This document shows positions 12,301 through 24,517 of a stretch of DNA of 64,000 nt, piece by piece (within the stretch, counting starts at the first letter, position 1; every line of letters begins with the position of its first letter). The translations under genes and the position numbers were made by a program. Source of the stretch: Basidiobolus meristosporus CBS 931.73 (lineage: Eukaryota > Fungi > Basidiobolomycota); NCBI GenBank assembly GCA_002104905.1, contig MCFE01000142.1, positions 62,001 to 126,000 on the forward strand, read 5' to 3'. A model generated the notes under the pieces. That model was not told the origin of the DNA. It searched no databases and saw only the letters and a program-made list of their open reading frames with translations.

Positions 12301-14395
12301 CCCAGATCCAGGGAATAAACTTTTGGGAAATATTTGCTCTGGTTGCAAAGTTTAACTCCACTAGGACAGCTCTAGCCCTGGCAGCTGTACACAGTCGGGA
12401 TCTACACCAAATGGATATCAAAACAGCCACTTTAAATGTGCATTCACAAGAAACTATATATAAGGGGCAACCAGAAGATCTTAACAATCCAAAAGGCCCC
12501 TAAAAGGTGTGCAGACTCAGGAAATTGTGGTATAGGCTTAAGCATGCACCTAGAGCTGTTGAAATATTGGACTATTTGGTTTCATTCTGCAGCTAAAAAT
12601 TTACTTAACAATTCTGGACTAGTCTTGGTCACTGTGGGACTAGTATACAGCTCCAACTTTGCCACTTTCTTCAGATCTATGATCTTATGATTATTCCCCT
12701 AAAGTCCGTATCAAATTAACACTAATACTAACTATTATGTATTAACCCTGAATCTGTCTCAGAATGCTCCTCAATATTGAGAAACCCTCCTTGCTTAGTA
12801 TTACAGCTATATTACCTCCACAAAGGTATAAATACTGAGCTTTATTACTAATAAACAACAGTTCAACTATTATTGCTATTTCTTGGTTAGTTCCTTATAT
12901 CCATTTCACTTCTTAAGTTGCAACAAGAGCAGGGTATAACAAAATTGACACATATCTAGAGGAGATTGGGTTTGTTTTTAGTACTGCAGATTGCAGTATA
13001 TATGTGAAACAGCTTAAAACGGGGTTTGAGCATTGTAGTTCTGTATGAGGACAAGCTGATAATAGCTACAAGTGACCAGGAGGCACTTAAACAGTCAAAG
13101 TCAGATCTCTTCAGCAAGTTTGAAATGAAAGATCTTGGAAAATTGAGCTATTTTCTTGGAATTGAAGTGAACTCTGACATTCTTACGCAGATAATTATGC
13201 TGAATCAGTCTAAGTACATCAGGGACATTTTTAGAAGCTTCAAAATGTAAATTGCAAGCCTGCAGCTACCCCTATTGGCAATAATCTGAAATTGAGCAAA
13301 TTTCAGCAAGTTTAGGTGTAACAGCTCAAGTATGGACTAAATATTTCCCTATCAATCAATGGTTGGAAGCCTGATGTACTTGATGGTGTCTACATCTCCT
13401 GATATTGCAGTGGCAGTTGGAATAGTCAATCAATTCATTCAGAATTATGGATCAGATTAAATTACAGCAGTTAAGTGGATTTTCAGATATCTACAAGGTA
13501 CCATATATATGGTACTGGAATACTCTGGAGCAGATATTTGGCGGAAATAGGATGGTTAAGGTGATTAAGATTGGGGTAGAGATCTGACTGATAGATGCTC
13601 TACCACTGGCTATATATTTCTTTATGCTGGTGTGGCTATTACTGAAAATTGCACAAAACAACCAACTGTGGCCCTATCTACAACTGAAGCTGAATATATG
13701 GCTGCTTGCCAAGCAACTAAGGAGACTATATGGCTACAGAAACTATTCAAAAACTTAGGCTTTAATTCAGATGAAGAAACATGTATTTACAAAAACAATC
13801 AAAGTTATATTACATTTGCTAGAAATCCTACTAATCATGCCAGAACTAAGCACATAGATATACAACACCACTTTGTGAGGAAAGCTGTAGAAAATAACTT
13901 AGTAGTGTTAGTTTATATTCCAACTGACAAAATGGTGGCAGATATATTGACAAAACTACTAGCTGGACCACCATTTGAGAGTCTCAGAGAGGAACTAGGA
14001 TTAAGAAATTATTTAGTTGAGGGTGAGTGTTGAAATGTTGAGCTATATGGTATCATTCAGCAGCTAAAAATTAACATAACAATTCTAGACTAGTCTTGGT
14101 CACTGAGGGACTTGTTTGCAGCACCAACTTTGCCAGTTTCTTCACATCTATGATCCTATGATTTTTCCCTATAGTCAAGATCCAATTAACACTTTTTACC
14201 AAACATATGTAATAGTGCTGAAACTGTTACAGAATGCTCCTGAATGTTAAGGAACCCGCCTTTCTTAGTGTCATAGCTGTATTACTACTACAAAGGTATA
14301 AATACCAATCTACTTTATGAATAAGCAACAGTTCAATTATTATCACTATATGTTGGCAAGTTCCTTATATCTAACTCACTTCTTAATTTGCAACA
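9384..14395 (+). mobile_element. Full-length degenerate Ty1/Copia family A, copy A2 (5' LTR 9,384-9,753; 3' LTR 14,028-14,395)
   Basis: PBS GGTTATGAGCCC after the 5' LTR; gag, IN, RT and RNase H fragments (KQPTVALSTTEAEYMA...KHIDIQHHF, 13,632-14,033); PPT AGTTGAGGGTGAG; near-TSD TCAAC/TCAGC; flanks rejoin into Gypsy G1. LTRs are roughly 80% identical by eye. Confidence 0.93.
12557..12925 (+). mobile_element. Solo family-A LTR inserted into the RT of family-A copy A2
   Basis: TGTTG...CAACA termini, exact TSD AGAGC (12,552-12,556 and 12,926-12,930). The empty site 'gcacctagagcattatataacaag' is present in A1. Confidence 0.95.
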
Positions 14396-15310
14396 TCAGC
14401 ATGATGGAAGGTCCTTGTGGACTTGTGTATATTTCCCCATTGAGGGCAGTAATTTGCAATATGTCCTTGCCAGAGGCAATGAAAGCAAAGTCCTTTCTTC
14501 TTGCATTCTTCTGAGATGGAATTCTTCTGTATGGCATCCATTTGTATTGGCAATGCTTCTGACTGTCTTCTTTCATAGCAATTATAGCCTCTCTGATTAG
14601 TCATTGGGGGCTTCCCTACAGCAAACATGGCCTAGTCATAGTCAATGGCAACTTGTATGTCTTCTTCAATTGTCTGGGGTCTTTGATATTTCACATTCCT
14701 GCAAGTTCTTTCTTTTATCCCATTGAAAAATATTTACCTGATCCAAGGGGTCCATTCTTCCAATTTGTCCAAGTAGACATTTATATTCATAGATGTGCTC
14801 TTGAACCATTCCTTTCTGTCTGAGTGTGTTCAACTTTCATTGTAGCAGCATCTACTGGTATGGGGGTTCAAAAGTATTCTGAATCTCCAACACAAACTCA
14901 TCCCAGGTAGAGATTTTAGAGCATCTCATCATGATGGCTATCCAGATCTTGCTGTGGTACCACTATTAAGCTTCATCTGCTAAGTAAGAAGCTGTATAAA
15001 GCCACTTGCTTTGTGGAGCAATTCCTGCAGCCTTAAAAGCTTCTTCATTCTGGAAGAGTCAAGTTCCCCTGTCTTCATTGACACAACCATGGTGCTGGTT
15101 GACCTACACATCAAAGTTGCTCTTGGCAGGGTGTTGCTGGCTTTGGTCCATGGTAATCATTCCTTGCTGCTGTTGGCTAAGGATCTGGAGTTACTGTTGC
15201 TGTAGGGCAAGGATTTACTGCATAGAGTGCTTCCATTCTTGTTTATCTGACATCTTGAGGGTGCTTTCTTCCTTCTTCAATGGGAGGGGACTTCTGCTTA
15301 TTGCTGCTGC
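14396..15310 (-). mobile_element. Gypsy G1 copy b, gag part with zinc knuckle
   Basis: CFHCLWQGHIANYC knuckle; homologous to 20,100-21,020; PBS-like TGGCAGCAGC near 15,300. Confidence 0.85.
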
Positions 15311-16438
15311 CAAAATTATAAGGCTCAATGAAGATATACACTCAGTTTGTGTTTCTGCCATGCTCTTGAAGTGCTTGAACATCTCTAGAGCCTCATCCTT
15401 TGTCATGAGGTGGTATACCCATTAATATCTTCTCTATTCATCAGTAAGCATCATAAAGTATCTCTTGGCTCCAGTGGAGAGTGTTCTCATGGGCCTGCAT
15501 GTGTCTGAGTGCACAATAGCCAGTAATCTGGTGATTTTAATACCTCCTGAGCTTATGAAATATTGCATAGCTTGTTTGGTATATGAGCATCCCTTATAGA
15601 CACTGAATTTAAATGGGATTGAGCAACTGAGGCTCAAGTTGATTTTTAACCAATTGTTATATTTTCTGTGTTGCAATGTTTCCTAGTCTCCAATGGCACA
15701 TCTCACAGTGAGTGTGATCAGTTTGATCAATGTTGATATACTCAGGCACAACAATTGTGCACTGTAACCTGTGACTGCCATGATCTCTGATTCCCAAAGC
15801 TTGTTTTTGTCCAATTTCACTCAATATTGAGCTGCTTAGCTTAGCAAAAGCATATTCCAGTCACTGGGTAGTTGCTTTACTGACTGAGAGCAAGTTCTTA
15901 GCTACTCCAGGCACACAGAGAACATCAGTCAGTTTTGCTGCTGTTGCCCCTGAGATATCATTTATACTTAGCTGTGTAGGCCCACTGGCAGTAGCTTCTA
16001 CTAGAGAGTTATCTCCCAGATAGACCTTTCTTACAGGAGTAGTATCTGAGTTACTAAACCACTCCTGTAAACAACATATATGCTGTGATACTCCAGAGTC
16101 AGTAAACCACTCTTTACTTTGGTTACTTGCACTCTTGTGTACAGTTACAGATAGCTGTTCATCAGTAGGTTTTTATTTACCCTCTCTAGTTTGTCTTTTT
16201 GTTGACTTGTTTATTCTTACATTCTCTTGCACAGTATCCTGGCTGCTTACAATAGTTGCAGCAACCAGGTTTTCATTGGTTTTGTAGCTTTCCCTTATTT
16301 TCTGTGTACCTTTATGAGTAGAATAAAGTATTCACTTCAATTTTCTCTGCTTAGTCATTACATATGGGTTCTACATGGAGAAGTCTTTGTTGAGCATAGT
16401 CTAAGGTCAGATTTTCTTCTCTGCTTTTGGACAAAAGT
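15311..16438 (-). mobile_element. Copia family A fragment A3 (end of gag, PR, start of IN)
   Basis: VHSDTCRPMRTLSTGAKRYFM and KDEALEMFKHFKSMAETQT; reverse homolog of 1,000-2,430. Confidence 0.85.
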
Positions 16439-16454
16439 ACAAGTGGCTTGTATT

Positions 16455-19400
16455 TGCTATAAGTCTTAGTATTAGAGTTGTAGAGGAAAAGGGAGTTTAT
16501 CTAGCATTGTATTCACTAAAACCTGATCTGATCTTATTGAGATTCCAGCAGCTCCTTATATACATTTTGCCAGATCAATTGCTGACTAATTGTATTTCTT
16601 AATGTGGGCTGTGGCTGATGACTCATTTGATTGCATCATCATCACCCAATAAGGTCCTACTTAATATATCTATATCTGTCTGATAAGGATCTGCTGATTC
16701 ATTTGCTGACTAATGCTACTGATTTGATAGATAATACTGATATACTGATAACCTAAACATATAACTAATTGATTTGACTAAAAGCTGATCTAATGTAAAC
16801 ATTCAAGCGGCTGGTCATAACATTCTCCCCTCCTAAAGTTGAGAAAGTTCTCCTGAATCTCTTTTCTTGTGATACCAATATCTTGATGGTTCAGTATTAT
16901 CAGCAAGCCTTGCAAGCTTGAGTCGGTCCCTATGCACTAAGTCTTCCTCTATATTGCCTTGTTTGTCCACCAGTTGGTAAGTTGCAAATGGACATTCTCC
17001 AATGATCTTGAATGGTCCTGTCCATTGTGGCTCAACCTTCTTTTGAGTGTTGTTTCTTAGCAATACAAGGTTTCCAACTGTCAATGATTCTGGTGCTATA
17101 GTCTTATCAAATCTCTGCTTCATCTTTTCTGCACCTTGAGGTACTTTGGTCTATGCCTCTTGACATCTTTGTTCCAGTTGCTGGTGTCTACTTGGCTGAC
17201 TGAGTTCATCTTCTAAGGTGTCTGTAAGCTTTGGTTGTGTGAGATCTCCTGGAATCCTTGGTTCACATCCATATGCTAAGTAAAATGGCAATTGCTGGGT
17301 GGTGTTGTGTACTCTGACTCTGCATCCAAAGAGTGCTTGGTCTCTATACTCATCCCTTCTACTAACAGCTCCATTTGCATACTTGGTCAGAGTTTTTCCA
17401 AACAATCCATTAAACTGTTTGGTGACTCCATTAGTTCTAGGGTGATATGCCAAGGTTTTCAAGTGTTTGATCTGCTGCATTTCCCAGTAAGCTTCCAATG
17501 TCCTTGCCATAAAGTTTTACCTCTATCAGATAGAATCTCTACAGGGCATCCAAGCTTCCTAAGGATCTCATGGTAGATGAAACTTGCAACTTCTTGTTTA
17601 CTGGCTATAGGGACAGCTTTAGCCACTGGCCATTTAGTGACATGGTCAATTGCTACTAGGATCCAACAGTTGCATTTCCTGGTGATTGTCAGTCTTCCAA
17701 TAAAGGCTATTTGCCATCTTTGATATGGTCTTACAGGCTCCAAGGGAAAGAGTTCAGCAATTCTCTGTGGTTAGCCTTGGTTAATTTGGCAATTTGGGCA
17801 TGTTTTCATTAGCTTCTCAATGTCATGTTTCAATCTGGGCCACCATGCTCTGGCTTTCACAAGGCTATATGTTCCTTGAATTCCAAGATGTCCATATCCA
17901 TTGTGTAGCTTATGTATTAGATCCAGGCAAAAAACATAAGGGCAATAGGCAATAGGGCTTCCATCAACAATTTGGTAGAGTGTTTCATCCTGTACTAAAA
18001 ATTTGCTGGCTTCATCCCAGATTATCTTCTTGATATCTTCACCTACCTCATTAGGAATGGCTTGGTCCACCAAGTACTTTGGTAATAGGCTAGGCCAATC
18101 TGATTCATGCACCAAGTTGGGTTGTGCAACTTGATCTAATCTTGATAAGGCATCAGCAACTGTGTTGTTTTTTCCAGGGCAGTACACAATCTCTAAGTCC
18201 AATTGCTGAATATATTCACTCCATCTTGTCATTCTTCTAGAGAGTACCTTCTGAGTAAATATATGCTTGAGGGAGGCATGATCAGTCTTCACAGTGCATT
18301 TGACTCCTTCAATATAGCATCTCCATGTCTTCAAACAGTGTATTATAGCAAGCATATCCTTCTCATGCACTGGATAGTTTTGTTCTGCTGAGTTAAGTTT
18401 CTTGGATTCAAAGGCAACAGGGTAGTCCTTTCTCTTGTGTTCTTGGCTTAACACTCCACCAATTGCATAATCTGAAGCATCTGTGCACAGAGTAAACTCT
18501 TTTCTAAAGTCAGGTATTCTTAAGCTTGGCAGCTTGGCAAGTTCATTCTTGAGTGTCTGGAAGGCAGTTTCACAAGCTGTGTCCCACTTGTAGGTATTGT
18601 CTTTCTTGAGGATATAAGTTAAAGGGGCCGCAATACTTGCAAAGGACTTGACAAATCTGCAATAATAGGAAACCATTCCAAGGAATGATCTGAGTTCTGA
18701 TATGCTATGGGGCTGCTTCAGATTCTTGATAACTTCAACCTTCTTAGGGTCTAAGGTCACTCTTGTGCTAGTCACTATGTGTCCCAGATATTCAACGTGT
18801 TCCTTGAAGAATTCACACTTGAGTAGCTTGCCATAAAGCTTGTTCTCTCTTAGCTTCTTCAAGACCTTTTCAATGTGCACCATGTGATCCTCTTCTGTCT
18901 TGCTGTATATTGGTATATCATCTAGGTAGATTATGACAAACTTGTCTAAGTACTCCTGGAAGACAGTCTGCATCAGGGTCATGAATGTTACAGAGGCATT
19001 GGTGAGGCCAAAACTCATGACTAAGTACTTGTAATGTCCATTTTTGGTCCTGAATGCTGTCTTAGGGATATCTTCTGGCTTCACCCTGATTTGGTTGTAT
19101 CCTGACATGAGGTCAATTGTGCTGAAAATAGTGGCTCCATTGAGTTGGTCCAAGAGCTCTTCAATCCAAGGTATGGAGTACTTATTCTTCATGGTAACTG
19201 AGTTAAGGGCTCTGTAGACAATGCACATCCTAAGTGCTTCATCCTTCTTCTTCACAAAAAGTACTGGTGCTCCCCAAGGTGACTTGCTGGGTATGATATA
19301 TCCTTGCTCTAGTTACTAATCTATTTGTATCTTCATCTTTTCCAACTCCAATGGACTCATTCTGTAAGGTGTCTTATGCTCTGGAGGGCTATCTCCTGTT

Positions 19401-21290
19401 TCAATGGCATGATCCATATATCTGACTGGTGGTAGGCTTACAAGCTCTTCTGGTAATATGTCTGAATACTCCTTTGAAAGAGTTTGGACCTTCCAGGGTA
19501 CTGGAGCAGAAGAATACTCCTGTAATACTGCCATGAGAAACATCTGGGTGCCTTTTCTTAGTGCTCTACAGAACTGTGTCTTGCTAAGTTCACTTGTTTC
19601 ACACAGACTGGAATTGACCAAGTTAAAATCCAGTCTGGTAGGTAATAGCTCATAGGTCTTCTAGTTCTTCTGGATCTGAGTAGCATGGGTTCTCCAGTTG
19701 GTTGATGAACTACAACAAAATAGCCAGGTTTTCCCAAGTACAAGGTCAAACTTGCGGTTCCCAAATATATAGGCATGTAGATCTTCTTCATAGTCATTAG
19801 TATTCATCCGTACTGGCTGAGTAATATGGTAGCTTATGCAAGAATCCCCATCAGCCATTGAGACTGAAGTTGATTTGGTGGGTTCCAGGTTGATTACAGC
19901 TTTCAAAGCAAATTGCCCTGACATGCACTCATGCAATGCTCCTGAGTTAATCATGATCTTGGCAGGTACTCCATTGATTACTCCATTCAAGTATAATAGC
20001 TTTCCTGAGTTTGAGGTCATCTGGGGTAAGTATTCTTCTGTCATATGGAAGGTGGGCTCTGAGTCTTCTTGAAGTTCATCCTCCATGTTACTATGCTCCA
20101 TGGCCTCAATATGGTAAAAGGTTCTTGATGGCTGGTGCCCATTTCTTCTCTGAGGGCAGTACTTTGCAATATGTCCTTGCAGGTGGCAATTGAAGCAAAG
20201 TCCGTTCTTCTTACATTCTACTGAGGTAGGATTCTTCTACATAGCATCTATTTCAATTGGCACTGCTTCTAATTGTCTTCTTTCATAGTGATTGTAGCCT
20301 CTCTGATTAGTCATTGTGTGCTATCCAGCTCCAAACATAGCTGAGTCATAGTCAATGGCAATTGTGATGGCTTCTTCAGTAGTCTAAGGTCTTTGATAAT
20401 TCACTTCCTTACAAGTTTTTTCTTTCAACCCATCAATAAAGTATTCAACTTGATCCAGAGGGTCCATTATTTCAATTTGCCTAAGTAGACATCTATATTC
20501 ATAGATGTACTCTTGGACCATTCCTTTCTGTCTGAGTGTCTTCAGTTATCTTCTTAGTAGTGTCTGTTGTTGTGGGGGCTCAAAGGCATCCTGAATTTCC
20601 AACACAAACTCATCCCAGGTAGAGATTGTAGAGCATCCCATCATGGTGGCTGACCTGATCTTGTTGTGATACAACTGTAAAGCTGTGTCTGCCAGATAAG
20701 AGGCTGCGTTATGTAACTTTCTTTCTGGAGTAACTCCTATAGCCTTAAAAGCTTCTTCATTTGGGAAGAGCCAAGTTCCCAGGTTTTCATTGACTCTACC
20801 ATGGCACTGGTTGACCTTCCCACTAAAGTTACTCTTGACAGGGTTTTACTTGCTTTGGGCCATTGTAGTCATTCCTTGTTGCTGCTGGCTAAGGATCTGG
20901 AGTAACTGTGGCTGCTGAGCCAGGATTTGTTGCATAGCATTCTTCCATTCTTGATGTTTGGACATCTTGAGGGAGGCTTCTTCTTTCTTCACAAGTGATG
21001 TTTCTGGTTATTGCTGCTATAAATGTTACAAGTCTTGGTATAAGAGTCATATAGGAATAGGGAGTTTAGCTAGTATTGTGTTCACTAAAACTTGAACTGA
21101 TCCTTAATGAGATTCCAGCAGCTCCTTATATACATTTTACCAGGTCAATTGCATCATCATCATCACCACATAAGATCCTTCCTAAAATATCTACTTCTGT
21201 CTGATAAGGATCAGCTGATTCATTTGCTGACCAATGCTACTAATTTGATAGATAATACTGAAATGCAATAACCTAAACATATCACTAAAT
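16455..21290 (-). mobile_element. Gypsy G1 copy c, most complete (3' LTR 16,455-16,822; partial 5' LTR from 21,024)
   Basis: PPT GGAGGGGAGAA at 16,823-16,833; gag knuckle CFNCHLQGHIAKYC; PR, then RT, RNase H and IN with a GPF motif; no chromodomain seen. Confidence 0.93.
17771..19255 (-). pseudogene. Gypsy RT-RNase H-integrase N-terminal fragment (494-aa open stretch)
   Basis: YLDD; CTDASDYAIGGVLSQ; KTDHASL; ADALSR; HNGYGHLG...CPNCQ. Flanked by frameshifts and stops. Confidence 0.9.
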
Positions 21291-21344
21291 GACTTATATC
21301 TGTGTGGAAGTAGTACAACTGCTACACTAAATAAGGGGATTTTC

Positions 21345-21569
21345 ACTACATTCAGGAGCATGCTGTAAAAGTTTCAGGGTTAGTACATGATATTTGGTAA
21401 AAGCCCTTATTTGATCCTGACTATAGGGGAATAATTATAGGTTCATAGATCTGAAAGAGAGTGCCAATGTCTGGGCTGCAAACAAGTCCTACAGTTACTA
21501 AGACTAGTCCAGATTTGTTAAGTAAAATTTTAACTGCTGATTGATTCCAGATAGCCCAATATTTCAACA
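21345..21569 (-). repeat. Partial family-A LTR
   Basis: Ends ...gcccaatatttcaaca, whose reverse complement is the LTR 5' end TGTTGAAATATTGG. Confidence 0.8.
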
Positions 21570-22265
21570 AACACTTGAATGAGCCCGTATTTTTTTCACC
21601 AGCCTCTGCTATAATAACCAGATTGTATGCACGCCAAGGGCTTTTGTGTTGTTATGCTATGATGGAGCAGAGTTCACATCTTAGCTGGACACTAGCTTGA
21701 CCCTGACACCATTTAGGCTAAACTTCTGCCTCTTTGTCTCACCATGCAGAAAGCTGACTTGGTTAAAGTGAACATTGCTTGCAATAGTACATGGAAAATT
21801 GCCCAACACCACTCTTGGGGCCATTTGAGGATCCGCTCAAGAAAGCACATCTGGATTACAATTTACAGAAATCTAAAATGCAAAAAGGTGAATTGGTGCA
21901 ACACTTCTGTGATAGATTCTAGAGACAAATGGGATTAGCTAGAGATAGTGATGTTAATCCATTGCTTACTTTGCATTTTCTTTCTAACTTTCCACACCAG
22001 CTGCAGAGCAATATTGCTATTGTCAAAGCAAGCAACCCAGCATATACTTATGGCAAGATCTCAGAGACATGTACACTAGCAGTCACCATGACTGCAGCTG
22101 TTAGCCAGGCTCCAGGCCACACTACTCAAGACCTAGCAACAACTGGAAAAGTGAGTAGTCATATGACCAAGAAGAAGTCAACTGTAACCAGGTTACTTGT
22201 TTGATGAGAATCCTCCTAATATCAGGGTAGAAGTAGGTTTCTACTAACCTTCAAAGTAAAACAGT

Positions 22266-22633
22266 TGTAGCAATTTAAGAAGTGTTTGGATATCAGGAAC
22301 CTATCCAGAAGTAATGATAATCGTTGAATTTTTGTTTATTTATAAAGATGCTCAGCTTTTATACCTTGGTAGGAGTATTACATTTTTATCAATAAGTAAA
22401 GAGGGTTTCCTAACATTCAGAAGCATTCTGTAACAGCTTCAGGGCTAGTACATAATGCTTGGTAAAAGTGCCAATATGATCTTCACCATAGGGGAATAAT
22501 CATAGGTTCATAGATCCAAGAGAAAGTAGCAATGTTAAGTCTTTAAATTGTCTGACAGTGACCAAGACTGGTCCATAATTGTGCAGTAAGCTTTCAGCTG
22601 CTGGCTGATACCAAACAGTCCAATATTTCAACA
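22266..22633 (-). mobile_element. Solo family-A LTR (368 bp)
   Basis: TG...CA termini and exact TSD ACAGT (22,261-22,265 and 22,634-22,638). Confidence 0.92.
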
Positions 22634-22719
22634 ACAGTAACTAGTTAGGAAAGTATCACAGTTATCACAGCACCTATTGTAGGCAGAAGTGCAAGGGTGC
22701 CATAGCTAGAAACTTGCAA

Positions 22720-24517
22720 AGCTTTAAACCAGTGACAAAGCAGTGACTAGTAGCCAGGAGAGAGCCAGAAAAGGACAAGAAGGCCAAAGCACCAGTGCAG
22801 CACTAAAGAAGGAAGAATATAGTTCAATACAAGCTGCACTTGAGCAAGATAGCAGTAAAAGGCCTGGTAATTTTGAAGATACAGTACAGGGAAAGGGCCT
22901 TCTAAGCCCCAGAATGAGAAGCATATGCAATAAGCTGCATCTCTCACCAAGTATTTTTGTAAGCCTGGATCAAACTGAATCCATGAAACTGCTGCCTGAA
23001 TGAGTCTGGTGTATGTTGCTCTCAGAAGTCATTTGGCTCTACTAATATATCATGTAGTACTTTAGTTGTTTGAGGTAAAAACTCATTGAAAACCTCTTTG
23101 GTTTCCAAAGTTGAGGTGCAAGCCAATGCATGCAGCCTGTACCAAGCAGATTGTGTGCAAAATTGATCCCATGCAGCTTTCTCATCAAGTCCCCACACTC
23201 TCAGCTCACTCTTGATTTCAATACTTGCCTTGTTATATATCTTCTTACATATATCCACTGGCATCTTGATGTAGCACTCATGCCACTGTTTTCTACCTAG
23301 ATTCCTCCATCTCTGTTGACTCTCTGAGGTATCTGGCTCTGCTAGATTAATGAGTAGTGCCCAAATGACTGTATGAAGGTTCATAATAGACACAGGCCAT
23401 ACTAAGATCCATTGGCAAGCACTCAAACAGAACTAACTTTGACTTTTCTGGTCCAGACCACACTTGCAAGCTGGAGGATGGGCTTTGTCTGGGTAGTGCC
23501 AAAGATGAGTAGAGACTTGATATAGAGACCATAGTGATGTATTTAAGTACTTATATAGTAGTGTATTAGCATCCACCTGGTGTTTTATACAATATTTATG
23601 AAAACTAATGTGCTAGTTGAATTTTCCATATATTTTGCATGATGTATCTAGGATTGCTTTAACATGGATTGGATCACATCAATTGCAGATTTTCTATTTG
23701 ATCATAGACTTGTGAGTAGAACATCAATAAAAATGCCAAGTCATTATTTGATTGAGTTTTGCAACATAATGATGGGACATGTGGCAATTGATGGAAATTT
23801 AATCCTAACACATGGAAAATCAGAAAAATAAAGCTGATTGTGCCAAATCAATTGAAATCACCTCAGCCCCATCACCTACCAATTTTGATATTATTTACTC
23901 ATCTGAATGATCTTTTTTCATCAATCCTATCACTACCACTGGATTTCCTTTTGACATACAGAAGGTGATCTGTACCAAGTACTGTGTACCATCCACCCCA
24001 ATCTACTCAAGGAGATCCCTGGTTAAGCTTCTGTGCAATTACATAAACAATTGCCCTACAAGGTCTCATCCCACCATCCATGGCAATAAAGTTCTAAAAG
24101 CATTCATTCCCAACTGACAGCAATGATGAACCACCTTGCAGAGGGTAAGATGACTTAGAGCAAGCTTGGAATACTAGGCTCAGAAGCCCCAATAGACATC
24201 CATATCCCAGAGTGTTCAGCAACAGGTTCTGTATAAGGAGTTCTTTTGATACCTTCCCAGTCAGCAATAACAGACCTTACAGAAGGCAGAGGCACTTTTA
24301 TTCTGGCAAGTTCAAGGCACACTGCATGAAGCTTCAAGCACTGTCTGACATTGAGGGTAACATCATCTGGTTTAGTAGGCCAATTGCTGGAAGTAGACAT
24401 GACAAAGCACTCTGGGTAGAGAATTATCTGGAATTCAGTAGAGGGGAGAAATTTATGGCAGTCTTAGCTTATATAGGCAAGGATTGTCAGAGATTTGGAT
24501 GGATTACAACTTATAGG
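22720..24517. mobile_element. Degenerate PIF/Harbinger-like element H1 (companion ORF on -, transposase on +), truncated by a Gypsy LTR
   Basis: FDTFPVSNNRP...FYSGKFKAHCMKLQALSDIEG...GSRHD (24,212+); QQRWRNLGRK (23,022-23,426); inverted homolog of 29.4-30.8 kb. Confidence 0.85.
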
